Made by a program: the position numbers and the translations under genes. The notes below the pieces were generated by a model, which saw only the letters and a list, made by a program, of their open reading frames with translations, was not told the origin of the DNA and ran no database searches. Positions 10,101-19,037 of a stretch of DNA of 64,000 bases are shown in pieces. The DNA is from Longimicrobiales bacterium (GTDB taxonomy: Bacteria > Gemmatimonadota > Gemmatimonadetes > Longimicrobiales > Gaopeijiaceae), in contig CBDBCF010000002.1 of the NCBI GenBank assembly GCA_965202985.1, positions 638,451 to 702,450 on the forward strand. Direction: 5' to 3'. How positions within the stretch are numbered: the first letter of the stretch is position 1; every line of letters begins with the position of its first letter.

Positions 10101-10579
10101 AAGACGGTCTCGGCGATCTCCTTCGTCTGCCACAGGTCGCGGCCGCCGGCCACGGAGACCGTCAGTACGGGCTCGGCCTGGGGGTCCACGCGCAAGATCG
10201 TGGGCCGTTCGGAGGTCTCGGGCAGGATGTCCCGGATGTTGTCCAGCCGCTCGCGCACGTTCAGCGCGGCGAAGTCCATGTCGGTGCCCCACGCGAAGCG
10301 CAGGGTCACCAAGCTGACCCCTTCTTGGGAGACGGAGGTGATCTTCTCGACGCCGGGCACTGCGGCCGCCTGCGACTCGATCCGCTCCGTGACCAGCCGC
10401 TCCACCTCCGCCGGCGCCACGTCGGGGTAGGCGGTGTGGACCACCAGCCGCGGGAAGCTCACGTCCGGGAGCAGGTCGATCGGAAGGCGCGTGTAGGAGA
10501 TGATCCCCAGCAGCACCACCGCCAGGAAGAGCATGGCGACGGCCACGGGCCGGCGGGTGGAGGCGCGGGGGATCGACAC
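7196..10579 (-). CDS. RND efflux permease (HAE1/AcrB-MdtB-like), first of a tandem pair
   Basis: 1127-aa ORF. 'SIPRASTRRPVAVAMLFLAVVLLGIISYTRLPIDLLPDVSFPRLVV' is a typical RND N-terminus. GTG start at 10579, 3 nt after the OMF stop. Confidence 0.9.
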   Translation of the reverse strand: MSIPRASTRRPVAVAMLFLAVVLLGIISYTRLPIDLLPDVSFPRLVVHTAYPDVAPAEVERLVTERIESQAAAVPGVEKITSVSQEGVSLVTLRFAWGTDMDFAALNVRERLDNIRDILPETSERPTILRVDPQAEPVLTVSVAGGRDLWQTKEIAETVFRRRLEQLDGIAQASVTGGLDREIHVEVDPALLEAYQVTLEEVSTALDQANYSSPGGTILRGRYRYPLRTLGEFQTVAEIGDVVVSRDPADPPGAGAGSRGGEEGEEPKQRLVRLSDVAAVVDGFEEREAIARYDGAESVGILVFKESGANTVAVSESVQQTLDLLREQYPEFTVEIASNQAGFIADSISNVVQALILGGMLAFVVLFFFLRDPRYPVAVALAIPISVVGTFALMEAFGVSLNIMSLGGLALGVGMLVDNSIIVLENIFRHRQAGMGIVEAAARGAEEVQGAITAATLTTISVFGPIIYVEGVAGELFGALSLAVAFSLLASLAVALTLLPTMAGHFTGRVGRADRPDRARTPWPVAFWQWSRPARPPRSVFARLLHGLRAALRLVVWAAAWIAFAPWWLLRTAAALVPQLVRFWAETVGRILQVVFSPLFAAFDRAFGAFAVWYHGRLAAALDRKGVVLAAAGGTLAGVLVLAASLDRDLLPNVDQGAFDVRIELPEGTSLEATTEAAETVERRLLPDPQVAAVFGRIGRDVRAQGSEGEAAGVNTALLQVRLADGAVTEEVIRRARDVQGNVTGGVLSFETGQATALGQILGGSESDIAVRVLGEDLDQAYGFAEAVERRLGGVSEVRNVRIGSERGQPQYQVSIDREAVARFDLEPRQVAETIETAMRGKRATEFVDFDRKIAVMVRLPDALRYDASTLDGLQVRGVPLREVVHVRETVGPAEIRREEQGRVVTVYADVASGGLAGAIVAVEDALAGLEPPRDTRMEVGGENEEMRRSFRDLIFAFGLALLLVYMILAAQFESFVHPFTILMAVPLALVGAVLALALAGQGLNTMSLIGVVILVGIVVNDAIVKVDFINQARARGAGLREAILRAGEVRLRPIVMTTVTTVLGLLPMALGIGRGADLRAPMAVAVIGGLVVATALTLIVVPVVYAAVEDLRRLIAGGGPKEAESP

Positions 10580-10582
10580 GGG

Positions 10583-12049
10583 TCAGTTCCCCGCCCCGAC
10601 CGGCGTCACGCCCGCCTCCCGCGCCACCGTGCCGGCGGCCTCGTAGAGCCCCACCAGGGCCGTGGCGAACTCGTAGCGCTGATCCACGACGTCGCGCAGC
10701 GCCGACGCCTCTTCCCGGACGGCGGTGCGCAGGTCCTCCACGCTCTTGGTGGCCAGCTGGTACTCCTGGCGGACGATGCGCAACCGTTCGCGCGCGATCT
10801 CCAGCCTGCGGTCCCGCTCCTGGACGGTGGCCCACGCGGTCTCCAGGTCCACGTAGCGCGCCCGAATCTGCTCTTCGACTTCGAGTTCGGTCTGGCGCAT
10901 CGCTTCTCCGGCGTTCCGAAGCTGAACGTCCGCCTCGGCGATCGACCGCGAGGTCTCGAACCGCGTGAAGATGGGAATGCTAACCGACAAGCCAATCGAC
11001 GCCCGGAAGTCGTCGGGGCTCAAGTTCACCTCCAGGAGGTCGAAGAGCGCCGTTTGGTCTTGGCCGAACGCGTTGCGGTAGAAGTTCGAGTTCAGACTCA
11101 AGGTGGGCCACCGCGCAGCCTTCCGGTTGCGCAAAGAGGCTTGGCGGAGCGACAGGGTGGCCGCGGCCTCGCCGACCTGGGGACTCTCGCGCCGCCCCAG
11201 CTCCACCAGTCCGTCCAGGTCCAGCGTGGCCGGGTCGAAGGGCTCCGGATCGCCCGCCGCCACGTCGATCTTCGACAGCCCCGGGTCGCCGATCGCCCTG
11301 GCGAGCGCCAGAAGTCCCTTGTCGAACTCGCCACGAGCCTGGATCACGGCCGCGCGCTGGGTCTCCAGCTCCAGCTGCGTTCCCAGCAGGTCGGACCGGC
11401 CGACCGTGGCCAGCTCGAAGCGCCTTCGGGTCGCTTCCACGTCCCGCTCCCGCGCGGCCAGCAGCTCGAGCTCCACCGCCACGCGGGCCTTCTGGCGCTG
11501 GGCCGTCAGGAACTGCCGCTGGACCTCGGCCAAGACGGCGTTCAGCTCGCGTTCGCCGGTTCTGCGGGTGACGCTGGCCTGGGCGCGGGCCTCGCCCAAG
11601 GCGTGGAAGCGCGCTCCGCCCTGCAACAAGTCCATGCTCATAGAAAGGTACTGGCTGGCGTCCGACGATATCCGAGTTTGCAGGTCGGTGTTTTCGATGG
11701 GGTTGCCGAAGAAGTCCACGGCGGTGGGCTCGCGGCTGAACCGCTGACCGGTGCTGTAGCTCAGGCTCAAGTTGGGCAGGAAGGCGCCCCAAGCGGCGCG
11801 TGCCTGGGGGCCGGCCAAGTCGACCTGGTTGAGGGCTTGGCGGTACCGGGGGTTGTGGTCCGCGGCCCGGGCTAGCGCGTCTCCCAGCGTCAGGATCACG
11901 GGCTCCTGGGCGGACGCCACGGGCGCCGCCGGCACCGCCGAAAAGAGCGCCGCCGCCGCGAGCCCTTGGAGCCACGCCGCCGCGGCCCACCGGAGGGACG
12001 CCACGCCCGGCCGACGCGCTCGACACGCTCTTCGCGCAGGCGCACTCAC
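10583..12049 (-). CDS. TolC-like outer membrane efflux factor
   Basis: Signal peptide '...AALFSAVPAAPVASAQE' followed by 'LTLGDALARAADHNPRYRQALNQVDLAG' and a duplicated coiled-coil/beta-barrel repeat pattern typical of OEP family proteins. GTG 12049 overlaps the MFP stop (GTGA). Confidence 0.85.
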   Translation of the reverse strand: MSAPARRACRARRPGVASLRWAAAAWLQGLAAAALFSAVPAAPVASAQEPVILTLGDALARAADHNPRYRQALNQVDLAGPQARAAWGAFLPNLSLSYSTGQRFSREPTAVDFFGNPIENTDLQTRISSDASQYLSMSMDLLQGGARFHALGEARAQASVTRRTGERELNAVLAEVQRQFLTAQRQKARVAVELELLAARERDVEATRRRFELATVGRSDLLGTQLELETQRAAVIQARGEFDKGLLALARAIGDPGLSKIDVAAGDPEPFDPATLDLDGLVELGRRESPQVGEAAATLSLRQASLRNRKAARWPTLSLNSNFYRNAFGQDQTALFDLLEVNLSPDDFRASIGLSVSIPIFTRFETSRSIAEADVQLRNAGEAMRQTELEVEEQIRARYVDLETAWATVQERDRRLEIARERLRIVRQEYQLATKSVEDLRTAVREEASALRDVVDQRYEFATALVGLYEAAGTVAREAGVTPVGAGN

Positions 12050-13221
12050 CGGCCCGGCCTCCCGCCCGCCGCCGCCGGGTCGTCGACGAGTTCGACCGCG
12101 GCGTCGTGGGTCAGGTAGTGGTGACCGTCCACGAGCACGACCTCGCCGGGCGCCACCCAGTCCTCGTCGCCCTCCAGCAGCTCCACCACGTCGTCGTTCT
12201 CCAGGCCGGGGGTGACGTAGCGCCACTTGGCGCGGCCGTCTTCCAGCACGAAGAGCATGGTGCGCCGGTTGCGCTCCAGCACGGCCGCTCGGGGAACCAG
12301 GATGCGATCCGGGAACTGCTGTGCCTCCAAGCGGGCTTCCGCGTACATGCCCGGCTTGATGCGCCCGTTCGGGTTGGGGATGTGGACCGTGACGCGGGCC
12401 GTCCCGGTCGCCGGGTCCACCACGGGGTTGATCGTGCGGATGCGCCCCGTGAAGGTCGTGTCGGGGAAGGCGGCGAAGTGCAGCTCGGCGACGCGGCCCT
12501 CGGTGAGGTGCACGACCTCCGTCCCCAGCACCTGGACCTCGACCTTGGCGGGGTTCAGGTCGATCAGAGTGAGCAGCTCGTCGCCCTCTCGGACGAACTG
12601 GCCGGGCACGATCTTCAGGTCCGCCGCCCGCCCGCCGAACGGCGCCCGCACCGATGTCTTCTGCAGGTTGAGGAGCGCCCTTCGGTGCTCGACCTGGGCC
12701 TGCGGCAGTCCGGTGTTGGACCGCGCGAACCGGTCCCGGCGCGCGCGCGCCTCTTCGTCCTCGATCTCGTCGTCGAAGAGGACCGTGGCTTGGTAGTCGG
12801 CCTCGGCCTTGAGCAGCGCGGCCGCCTTGGCCGCCACCTCCAGGGCGTACTCGGTGGTGTCGACCAGCACGAGCAGATCGCCCTGCCGCACGTACTGGTT
12901 CTCGCGCACCGGCGCTTGCGCCACGTAGCCCGAGACTTGGGCGGTGACGCCGACCCTGCGCATGGCTTCGGCGCGCCCCTCGGCGGTCACCGATATCCAA
13001 AGCGTGTCCTGTACCGCGACCGCGCCGGTCACCGGCTGGGGAAGCTCCGTGTTGAACTGCTCCTGCACCGACTCGACGACTTCGGCGTTCTCCTGGGGCT
13101 CGTCGGACGCCTCGGCGTCGTCCTGCGGTTCGGGCCGAATCCGCCAGTAGATCGCGGCCGCCACCGCCGCCAGCACGGCGACGACGGTGAGCACCCGCAA
13201 CGTGGCGCGCGAATAGGTCAT
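12046..13221 (-). CDS. Periplasmic adaptor (HlyD/AcrA membrane-fusion protein) of the RND system
   Basis: ATG 13221 ([26 protein letters not shown] = N-terminal anchor). Lipoyl/beta-barrel segments '[26 protein letters not shown]' and '[20 protein letters not shown]'. ATGA overlap with the ispG stop. Confidence 0.88.
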   Translation of the reverse strand: MTYSRATLRVLTVVAVLAAVAAAIYWRIRPEPQDDAEASDEPQENAEVVESVQEQFNTELPQPVTGAVAVQDTLWISVTAEGRAEAMRRVGVTAQVSGYVAQAPVRENQYVRQGDLLVLVDTTEYALEVAAKAAALLKAEADYQATVLFDDEIEDEEARARRDRFARSNTGLPQAQVEHRRALLNLQKTSVRAPFGGRAADLKIVPGQFVREGDELLTLIDLNPAKVEVQVLGTEVVHLTEGRVAELHFAAFPDTTFTGRIRTINPVVDPATGTARVTVHIPNPNGRIKPGMYAEARLEAQQFPDRILVPRAAVLERNRRTMLFVLEDGRAKWRYVTPGLENDDVVELLEGDEDWVAPGEVVLVDGHHYLTHDAAVELVDDPAAAGGRPGR

Positions 13222-14477
13222 GGGTTTGTGCTCCCTTGAGCTTGCAGTGAGTTCGACGCGGCGCCCGTGCCGTAGCGACGCTCCACGTAGTCGTTCAGGA
13301 TGCCCTTGAACTCGGCCACGATGGCGTCGCCCTTGAGCGTGCGCAGGTGGACGCCGTCGGCGTAGACCGGCGCCTTGGGCTCTTCGAAGGTGCCCGGCAG
13401 CGAGATGCCCAGGTCGGCGTGCTTGGATTCGCCGGGGCCGTTCACCACGCACCCCATGACGGCCACCTTCAGATCCTCGACCCCCGGAAAGCGGCCGCGC
13501 CACTCGGGCATCCGCTGGCGGATGTGGCCCTGGATGTCCTCCGTCATCTCCTGGAAGAAGGTGCTGGTGGTGCGCCCGCAGCCCGGGCACGCCGTGACCT
13601 GTGGCTCGAAGCTGCGGATCTCCAACGACTGGAGGATCTGCTGGGCCACACGCACCTCTTCGGTCCGGTCGCCGCCCGGGCGAGGCGTCAGCGACACCCG
13701 GATCGTGTCGCCGATGCCGTCCAGCAGGAGCGGCGACAGCGCCGCCGCCGAGGCCACGATCCCCTTGGCGCCCATCCCCGCTTCCGTCAGGCCCAAGTGA
13801 AGCGGGTGGTCGCGAAGCGGGGCCAGCCGGCGGTACACGGCGATCAGGTCGCGCACGCCCGAGACCTTGGCGCTCAGCACGATCCGGTCCGCGCCCAGCC
13901 CCGTCTCCATCGCCAGGTCCGCCGAGCGCACGGCGCTCCCGACCATGGCGTCCTGCAACACCTCGCCGGCGTTCTTGGGCTTCTCGCGCCTTCCGTTCTC
14001 GTCCATGAGTTCGGTCAGCAGCCGCTGGTCCAGCGAGCCCCAGTTGACGCCGATGCGGACCGCCTTGCCGTTGTCCACGGCGACGCGGACGATCGACTGG
14101 AAGTTCTCGTCGCGACGGCGGGCGCCCACGTTGCCCGGGTTGATCCGGTACTTGGCCAGCAGCGCGGCGGTCCGGGGGAAGTCGCGGAGCAGGATGTGGC
14201 CGTTGTAGTGGAAGTCGCCCACGATCGGCACGGTGCAGCCGTCGTCTTGCAGCCGCTGGAAGAGTTCGGGAACCGCCGCGGCCGCCTGCTTGTTGTTGAC
14301 GGTGATGCGGACCAGCTCGCTGCCGGCGCGGGCCAGAGCCGCGACCTGGGCGGCGGTGGCGGCGGGGTCGGCGGTGTCCGTGTTCGTCATGGACTGGACC
14401 GCAACCGGATTGCCGCCGCCGATCTTCACCCCCCCGATCTCGGCTTCCAGGGTCCTCACGACGGTGCTTTCAGGCAC
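13218..14477 (-). CDS. ispG: 4-hydroxy-3-methylbut-2-en-1-yl diphosphate synthase
   Basis: '[18 protein letters not shown]...VRITVNN...[12 protein letters not shown]...INPGNVG' and the C-terminal Fe-S motif '[10 protein letters not shown]...[10 protein letters not shown]'. GTG 14477 is preceded by GGAGG. Confidence 0.93.
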   Translation of the reverse strand: MPESTVVRTLEAEIGGVKIGGGNPVAVQSMTNTDTADPAATAAQVAALARAGSELVRITVNNKQAAAAVPELFQRLQDDGCTVPIVGDFHYNGHILLRDFPRTAALLAKYRINPGNVGARRRDENFQSIVRVAVDNGKAVRIGVNWGSLDQRLLTELMDENGRREKPKNAGEVLQDAMVGSAVRSADLAMETGLGADRIVLSAKVSGVRDLIAVYRRLAPLRDHPLHLGLTEAGMGAKGIVASAAALSPLLLDGIGDTIRVSLTPRPGGDRTEEVRVAQQILQSLEIRSFEPQVTACPGCGRTTSTFFQEMTEDIQGHIRQRMPEWRGRFPGVEDLKVAVMGCVVNGPGESKHADLGISLPGTFEEPKAPVYADGVHLRTLKGDAIVAEFKGILNDYVERRYGTGAASNSLQAQGSTNP

Positions 14478-14522
14478 GGTTGCCTCCGCGGGTATGGCGA
14501 TCTTTGCCTGCGGCTGAAACAG

Positions 14523-14608
14523 CGGAGGGGGTGGGATTCGAACCCACGCGTCCTTTGGAGGACGCCGGTTTTCAAGACCGGTGCATTGAGCCGCTCTGCC
14601 ACCCCTCC
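14523..14608 (-). tRNA. tRNA-Ser (anticodon UGA)
   Basis: The minus strand reads GGAGGGGTGGCAGAGCGGCTCAATGCACCGGTCTTGAAAACCGGCGTCCTCCAAAGGACGCGTGGGTTCGAATCCCACCCCCTCCG. It has a 7-bp acceptor stem, anticodon loop CTTGAAA, a long variable arm and a GTTCGAATC T-loop. CCA is not encoded. Confidence 0.93.
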
Positions 14609-14846
14609 CTTGGGGCACGAAGCCCGGCTTGGGGAAAGATGAAGCCGCCGGCGCGCGGTTGCAAGCGCGGAAGCGCCGTGCTTCGTCGCAGCGCCTTGAC
14701 CTGCCGACGCGCCGTGGCCGAGCCTTCGGAAACCTGGGTTCCTCATGAACGTCCCCTTGCATTTTGGACGGCCCGTCGCGCGGACCGGTTGCCGCGCGGC
14801 TTACAGGTTATACCACGAACGTCCGAAAATGTTCCACGGCGCGCGT

Positions 14847-17441
14847 TCAGTGCCGGAAGAGGCGCCTCCCGGTGAAGACCATCGCCAAGCCGTGCTCGTC
14901 GGCCGCGGCGACCACCTCCTTGTCGCGAACCGAGCCGCCGGGCTGCACGATCGCGGACACCCCGGCACTCGCGGCCGCGTCCACGCCGTCGCGGAAGGGA
15001 AAGAAGGCGTCGGACGCCAGGACGGCGCCGGCAAGAGCCTCGTCGAAACCCGCGTCCTTGGCCTTGCGGACAGCGATCTTGGACGAATCCACGCGGCTCG
15101 TCTGCCCCGCCCCGATGCCCAGCGTGGCCATCTCCCTCGCCAAGAGGATCGCGTTCGACTTGACGCCGTAGACGGCCGACCAAGCGAAGGACAGGTCCCG
15201 GGCCTCGCGGGCCGTGGGGTCGCGCCGGCTGGCGACGGTCCAATCGGGCTCGCTTCGTCCGTGGAACGGCGGCGGCGGCACGGTTTGGGCCAGCAAGCCG
15301 CCGTGGACCGAGCGCAGAGCAAGGCCGCCCTCGGGCGACGCCCAGCCGGCCAGAAAATCGCGAGCGGGGTCGGCGCCTGGGTGGTCGGCGGCGTCCGATC
15401 GGGTCCCGGGGAAGGCCAGGAGGCGCAGGTTCTTCTTCTTGACCAGGACTTCCAGCGCGTCGGCGGCGAAGCCGGGAGCGACCAGGCACTCCACGAAGAC
15501 GGCGGCCACCGCGGCGGCAGCCTCGGCGTCCACCACACGGTTGAAGGCGATCACCGAGCCGAACGCCGACGCGCGGTCCGTGTCTCGCGCTCGGGTGAAG
15601 GCTTCGACCAGCGACGGGCGCACGGCCAGCCCGCAGGGCGTGGCGTGCTTGACCAGACACGCCGCCGCTTGGTCGGCGTGGGCGAACGGGGCCAAGCTCG
15701 TCAGGGCGCCGTCGAGGTCCAGGATGTTGTTGTAGGAGAGCGCCTTGCCCCCGAGCTGCCGGAGGGCCGCCATTCCTGCGGGCGTCGGTGGGTCGGGGCG
15801 GACCGGGCCGCCCGGCGATTCCGGGGCGTCCAGCGACAGCGGGACGGCCGGCGACGGAGCGGCTGCCGGCGCCGACGGGGCGACGACGGGCGACCGGGCG
15901 TCCGGCTCGTAGAAGGCGGCGGCTTGATCGGGGTTCTCGCCGTAGCGAAGGGCCGACTGGCGTCTGAGGCGGAGGGCGATACGGGGCGGCAACCCCGACG
16001 ACGGCGGGACGTGAGCGGTCGGCGGTCGTTCCTCCGGCCCCAAGTAGGCCGCCACCGCGTGATCGTAGGCGGAGACGTGGCGGAACGCCTTGGCGGCCAA
16101 GCGGCGACGGAGCGCGCGGGCGGCTTCGGCGGCGGCGACGGAAGCGCGAGCGTCCAGGGCCTGGAGGACGGCGTCGTAGTCGGCGGGGTCCACCACGGCC
16201 CACACGTCCCGGTGGTTCTTGGCGGCCGCCCGCGCCATTGCCGGGCCGCCGATGTCCACATTGTCCATGGCGCGTTCCATCGTGGCGTCCGGCTGGGCAA
16301 CCGTCTCGCGGAACGGGTACAGGTTGATCGCTACCAAGTCGACGGTCGGGTAGCCCCTGCGGGCCATCTCCGCGCTGTCGTCCGGGTGGCCCCGGCGTGC
16401 CAGTATCCCCGCGTGCACGGCCGGGTGGAGCGTCTTGACCCGCCCCTCCATCATCTCCGGGTGTCCCGTGATCCGCTCCACCTCGATCACGGCCACGCCC
16501 GCCTCCCGCAGGACGCGCGCGGTCCCCCCCGTGGACACGATCTCCCAGCCCCGTCCGGCCAGCGCCTTGGCGAAGTCGGCCACCCCCGTCTTGTCGGACA
16601 CGCTGACCAACGCGCGGGGAGCGCCGCCCGATGCAGCGCCCACGCCGAACGCCCGCCGCGCGAGCGCCCGCAGCTCCGGCCCAGCACCCAGCTCCGTTCC
16701 CGCGCCCAACCCGGCCCCTGCCGCCCCTGCCGGCCAACGGAACTCCGGCGCACCCGCCGCGCCCGTCGCAAACCTCGCCAGGGCGCAGGCGGCCTCTGGG
16801 AACAGGATGTGCTCGACCTCCAGCACGCGCGCCGCCAAGGACCCGGGCGTGTCGGTCGGCGACACCGGGACCGGCCACTGGGCCAGGATGCGTCCGTCGT
16901 CGTAGCGCTCGTTCACGTAGTGGACCGTAGGCCCCGACACAGTCGCGCCGGAGCGGAGCACGGCCTCGTGCACGCGGGCACCGTACATGCCTCGGCCCCC
17001 GAACGCCGGAAGCAGCGACGGATGGACGTTGAGCGCACGCCCCCGATACGCCCTGCACACCGTCGCGGGCACCAGCGACAGGAAGCCGGCCAAGAGTATT
17101 CCCTGCACGCCGCGGCGCTCCAGGAGTTCGGCCAAGGCCACGGAGGCGTCGCCCGACGAGGTCGTATCGTCGTCGCCCGACGAGGCCGCACCGCCGCCCG
17201 GCATGGTCGCTTCGTTCCCCGTCGAGACCGCATCGCCGTCGCCGCTGCCGCCCGCACCCGTGAACCGCACCCGCTCCACGGCCCGTCCCTTCCTGCGCGC
17301 CCGCGCCTCAGCCCCGCACTCGCGGTCGGTGACCACCAGCTCGACCCGGTACGGCGCCCCCTCCTCTTCCCGGTCCAGCAACGCCTGAAGGTTGGAGCCC
17401 GACCCGGACGCGAATACGGCGAATCGCGCCGGTTCGCTCAC
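14847..17441 (-). CDS. purNH: Fused phosphoribosylglycinamide formyltransferase (PurN) and AICAR transformylase/IMP cyclohydrolase (PurH)
   Basis: There is one open frame with no stop between the two parts. PurN part: '[16 protein letters not shown]...[13 protein letters not shown]...[14 protein letters not shown]'. PurH part: '[11 protein letters not shown]...VSTGGTA...VKTLHP...[10 protein letters not shown]...[13 protein letters not shown]...LRYGENPDQ...SNAI...GAGQTSRV...VQPGGSVRD'. GTG 17441 overlaps the upstream stop (GTGA). 864 aa. Confidence 0.8.
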   Translation of the reverse strand: MSEPARFAVFASGSGSNLQALLDREEEGAPYRVELVVTDRECGAEARARRKGRAVERVRFTGAGGSGDGDAVSTGNEATMPGGGAASSGDDDTTSSGDASVALAELLERRGVQGILLAGFLSLVPATVCRAYRGRALNVHPSLLPAFGGRGMYGARVHEAVLRSGATVSGPTVHYVNERYDDGRILAQWPVPVSPTDTPGSLAARVLEVEHILFPEAACALARFATGAAGAPEFRWPAGAAGAGLGAGTELGAGPELRALARRAFGVGAASGGAPRALVSVSDKTGVADFAKALAGRGWEIVSTGGTARVLREAGVAVIEVERITGHPEMMEGRVKTLHPAVHAGILARRGHPDDSAEMARRGYPTVDLVAINLYPFRETVAQPDATMERAMDNVDIGGPAMARAAAKNHRDVWAVVDPADYDAVLQALDARASVAAAEAARALRRRLAAKAFRHVSAYDHAVAAYLGPEERPPTAHVPPSSGLPPRIALRLRRQSALRYGENPDQAAAFYEPDARSPVVAPSAPAAAPSPAVPLSLDAPESPGGPVRPDPPTPAGMAALRQLGGKALSYNNILDLDGALTSLAPFAHADQAAACLVKHATPCGLAVRPSLVEAFTRARDTDRASAFGSVIAFNRVVDAEAAAAVAAVFVECLVAPGFAADALEVLVKKKNLRLLAFPGTRSDAADHPGADPARDFLAGWASPEGGLALRSVHGGLLAQTVPPPPFHGRSEPDWTVASRRDPTAREARDLSFAWSAVYGVKSNAILLAREMATLGIGAGQTSRVDSSKIAVRKAKDAGFDEALAGAVLASDAFFPFRDGVDAAASAGVSAIVQPGGSVRDKEVVAAADEHGLAMVFTGRRLFRH

Positions 17442-18085
17442 GCCAGCCGGCCTGCGTAGACCGGCGCCAGAAACGGGTTCGTCTGCGCCTCGCGGCCGAC
17501 GGTGGTCGGGGGACCGTGGCCCGGAAAGAGCCGGGTCTCGGGCGGCAAGGTCAGCACTTCGGACCGGATCGAAGCCATGAGCGTGCCGTAGTCGCCTCCG
17601 GGCAGGTCGGTCCTGCCTATGGAGCCCGCGAACACCACATCGCCGACCAGGGCCAGCGCCTCCGTATCGCACACGAACATGACGTGGCCCGGCGCGTGGC
17701 CGGGCACGAACGCCACGCGAAACTCCGACCTGCCGACGGTCAGCACATCCCCGGGCGTCAGCGCCTTGTCGGGCGGCGGCGGCGCCTCGAACGGCAAGCC
17801 GAAGCTGGCGCCTCGCACGGCCGCGTCGTCGTACAATGGGCGGTCGGCAGGGTGAAGATGGACGGGCGCTCCCGTGACGCGCCGCGCCAGGGCGACGCCC
17901 TCGACGTGATCGAAGTGGGCGTGGGTGAGCAGGATGTCCCGGACGGTCAGTCCCCTGCTCTTGACCGCGGCCAGGGCCTGATCGGTGGCGGCGCCGGGGT
18001 CCACCAGCACGGCGCTGCTCCGGTCGGCGCACACCACCAGCAACGTGTTCTGGGCGAAGCTGCCGCCCGTGAAGGCGTGAACCAA
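17438..18085 (-). CDS. MBL-fold metallo-hydrolase (glyoxalase II/YcbL-like)
   Basis: 'LTHAHFDHVEG' (HxHxDH), '...VPGHAPGH', '...GRTDLPGGD'. The inferred start is TTG 18085, because the upstream iscA-like gene ends at 18094. About 215 aa. Confidence 0.8.
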   Translation of the reverse strand: MVHAFTGGSFAQNTLLVVCADRSSAVLVDPGAATDQALAAVKSRGLTVRDILLTHAHFDHVEGVALARRVTGAPVHLHPADRPLYDDAAVRGASFGLPFEAPPPPDKALTPGDVLTVGRSEFRVAFVPGHAPGHVMFVCDTEALALVGDVVFAGSIGRTDLPGGDYGTLMASIRSEVLTLPPETRLFPGHGPPTTVGREAQTNPFLAPVYAGRLA

Positions 18086-18093
18086 GGTCGTCC

Positions 18094-18423
18094 CTATACC
18101 GTGAACGAGCTTCCGCAGCCGCAGCCGCCCGACGCCTGCGGGTTCTTGAAGGCGAAGCCGGAGCCCATCATGGAGGTCACGTAGTCGATCTCGATCCCCT
18201 CCAAGTACTGGGCGCTGAACGGGTCCACGAAGATGCGGACGCCCCGCCGCTCGAAGACCTCGTCGTCGCCCTCGGGCGCGTCGTCGATCTCCACGCCGTA
18301 TTGGAACCCCGAACAACCGCCGGGCAAGACCGCCACGCGAAGACCCGCGCCGGGACCGCCGCCGTGCTCCTTCAGAAACCCCTGCACCTTCTCTGCGGCG
18401 TTGGGGGTAAGCGTCATCTCCAT
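18094..18423 (-). CDS. Iron-sulfur cluster insertion protein (HesB/IscA/ErpA family)
   Basis: 'LTPNAAEKVQGFL...GLRVAVLPGGCSGFQY...FVDPFSAQYLEGIEIDY...FKNPQASGGCGCGSSF' includes the C-terminal CGCG motif. The start is ambiguous (TTG 18429, ATG 18423 or ATG 18417). Confidence 0.9.
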   Translation of the reverse strand: MEMTLTPNAAEKVQGFLKEHGGGPGAGLRVAVLPGGCSGFQYGVEIDDAPEGDDEVFERRGVRIFVDPFSAQYLEGIEIDYVTSMMGSGFAFKNPQASGGCGCGSSFTV

Positions 18424-18499
18424 GGCCAAAGCTACCCGCAGGCGCAGGCAGAGGTCAACGTCGGGCGCAGGACCGGCGCGTCAAAGCGCCGCCCCGAAC

Positions 18500-19006
18500 T
18501 CAGGCCAGGGCCGCCCTCATCTTGGCCAGCGTGCGGCGGTGAACGGTGCGCACGGTCGCGGCGGGCATCCCCATGCGCCGCCCGATATCCACGAAGGTGC
18601 GCCCTTCCAAGTAGTGCTCGTGCATGATCGTTCGCTCGCGCTCCGACAAGTCGCACGTTTCGGCGATCAGTGCCGCGCAACGGACTTCGGGAGATTCGGG
18701 CGCCACGGCCTCTCCGGGCGGACGCTGGGACTTGAACCGCTCCAGCGTGTTGCGTCGGCCCGCTTCTCGACGGTTCTGGCGGAGGGCGACCAGTCGGAGC
18801 GCTCGGCGCATCCATACGCGGAACTTCGGTTCCGGAAGGGCCAGCACCCCGCGCTCCACGGCGACCACCAGGGTCTCCTGCACGACATCGTCGACATCGG
18901 CCGAATCGCGACAGAACTGCGCCGCCCGAGCGCGAAACTCCGGCCCGCATCGTTCATACATCTCGCGAAGCCTCTTGTTCTCCTCGCGACTCCCAGCTTT
19001 GGCCAC
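18500..19006 (-). CDS. ECF-type sigma-70 family factor
   Basis: GTG 19006 is preceded by AAGGAGG plus 8 nt. Region 2 'DVDDVVQETLVVAVER'. Region 4 'LSERERTIMHEHYLEGRTFVDIGRRMGMPAATVRTVHRRTLAKMR'. 168 aa. No anti-sigma gene lies on either side. Confidence 0.8.
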   Translation of the reverse strand: MAKAGSREENKRLREMYERCGPEFRARAAQFCRDSADVDDVVQETLVVAVERGVLALPEPKFRVWMRRALRLVALRQNRREAGRRNTLERFKSQRPPGEAVAPESPEVRCAALIAETCDLSERERTIMHEHYLEGRTFVDIGRRMGMPAATVRTVHRRTLAKMRAALA

Positions 19007-19037
19007 TTGGAAGACCTCCTTCTCGTAACCCTTTACT

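Noticed and set aside
4086-11875. Very long plus-strand ORFs antisense to the RND genes (4086-7685 at 1199 aa, 7646-11875 at 1409 aa). Analogous antisense ORFs are 201-1754, 1621-3669, 14745-17459, 26437-28743, 29315-31645, 34361-35944 and 53735-56833.
   Set aside because: The translations are low-complexity (R/G/P/A/H/D-rich) with no motifs, and they mirror well-identified genes on the other strand. This is the typical antisense-ORF artefact of GC-rich DNA.
16620-16650. An internal GTG ('[18 protein letters not shown]') as evidence that purN and purH are separate genes.
   Set aside because: It may allow independent PurH initiation. However, there is no stop codon for PurN anywhere before the purH stop, so read-through into PurH is unavoidable as sequenced. 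The fusion call is kept, with a caveat about possible sequence error.
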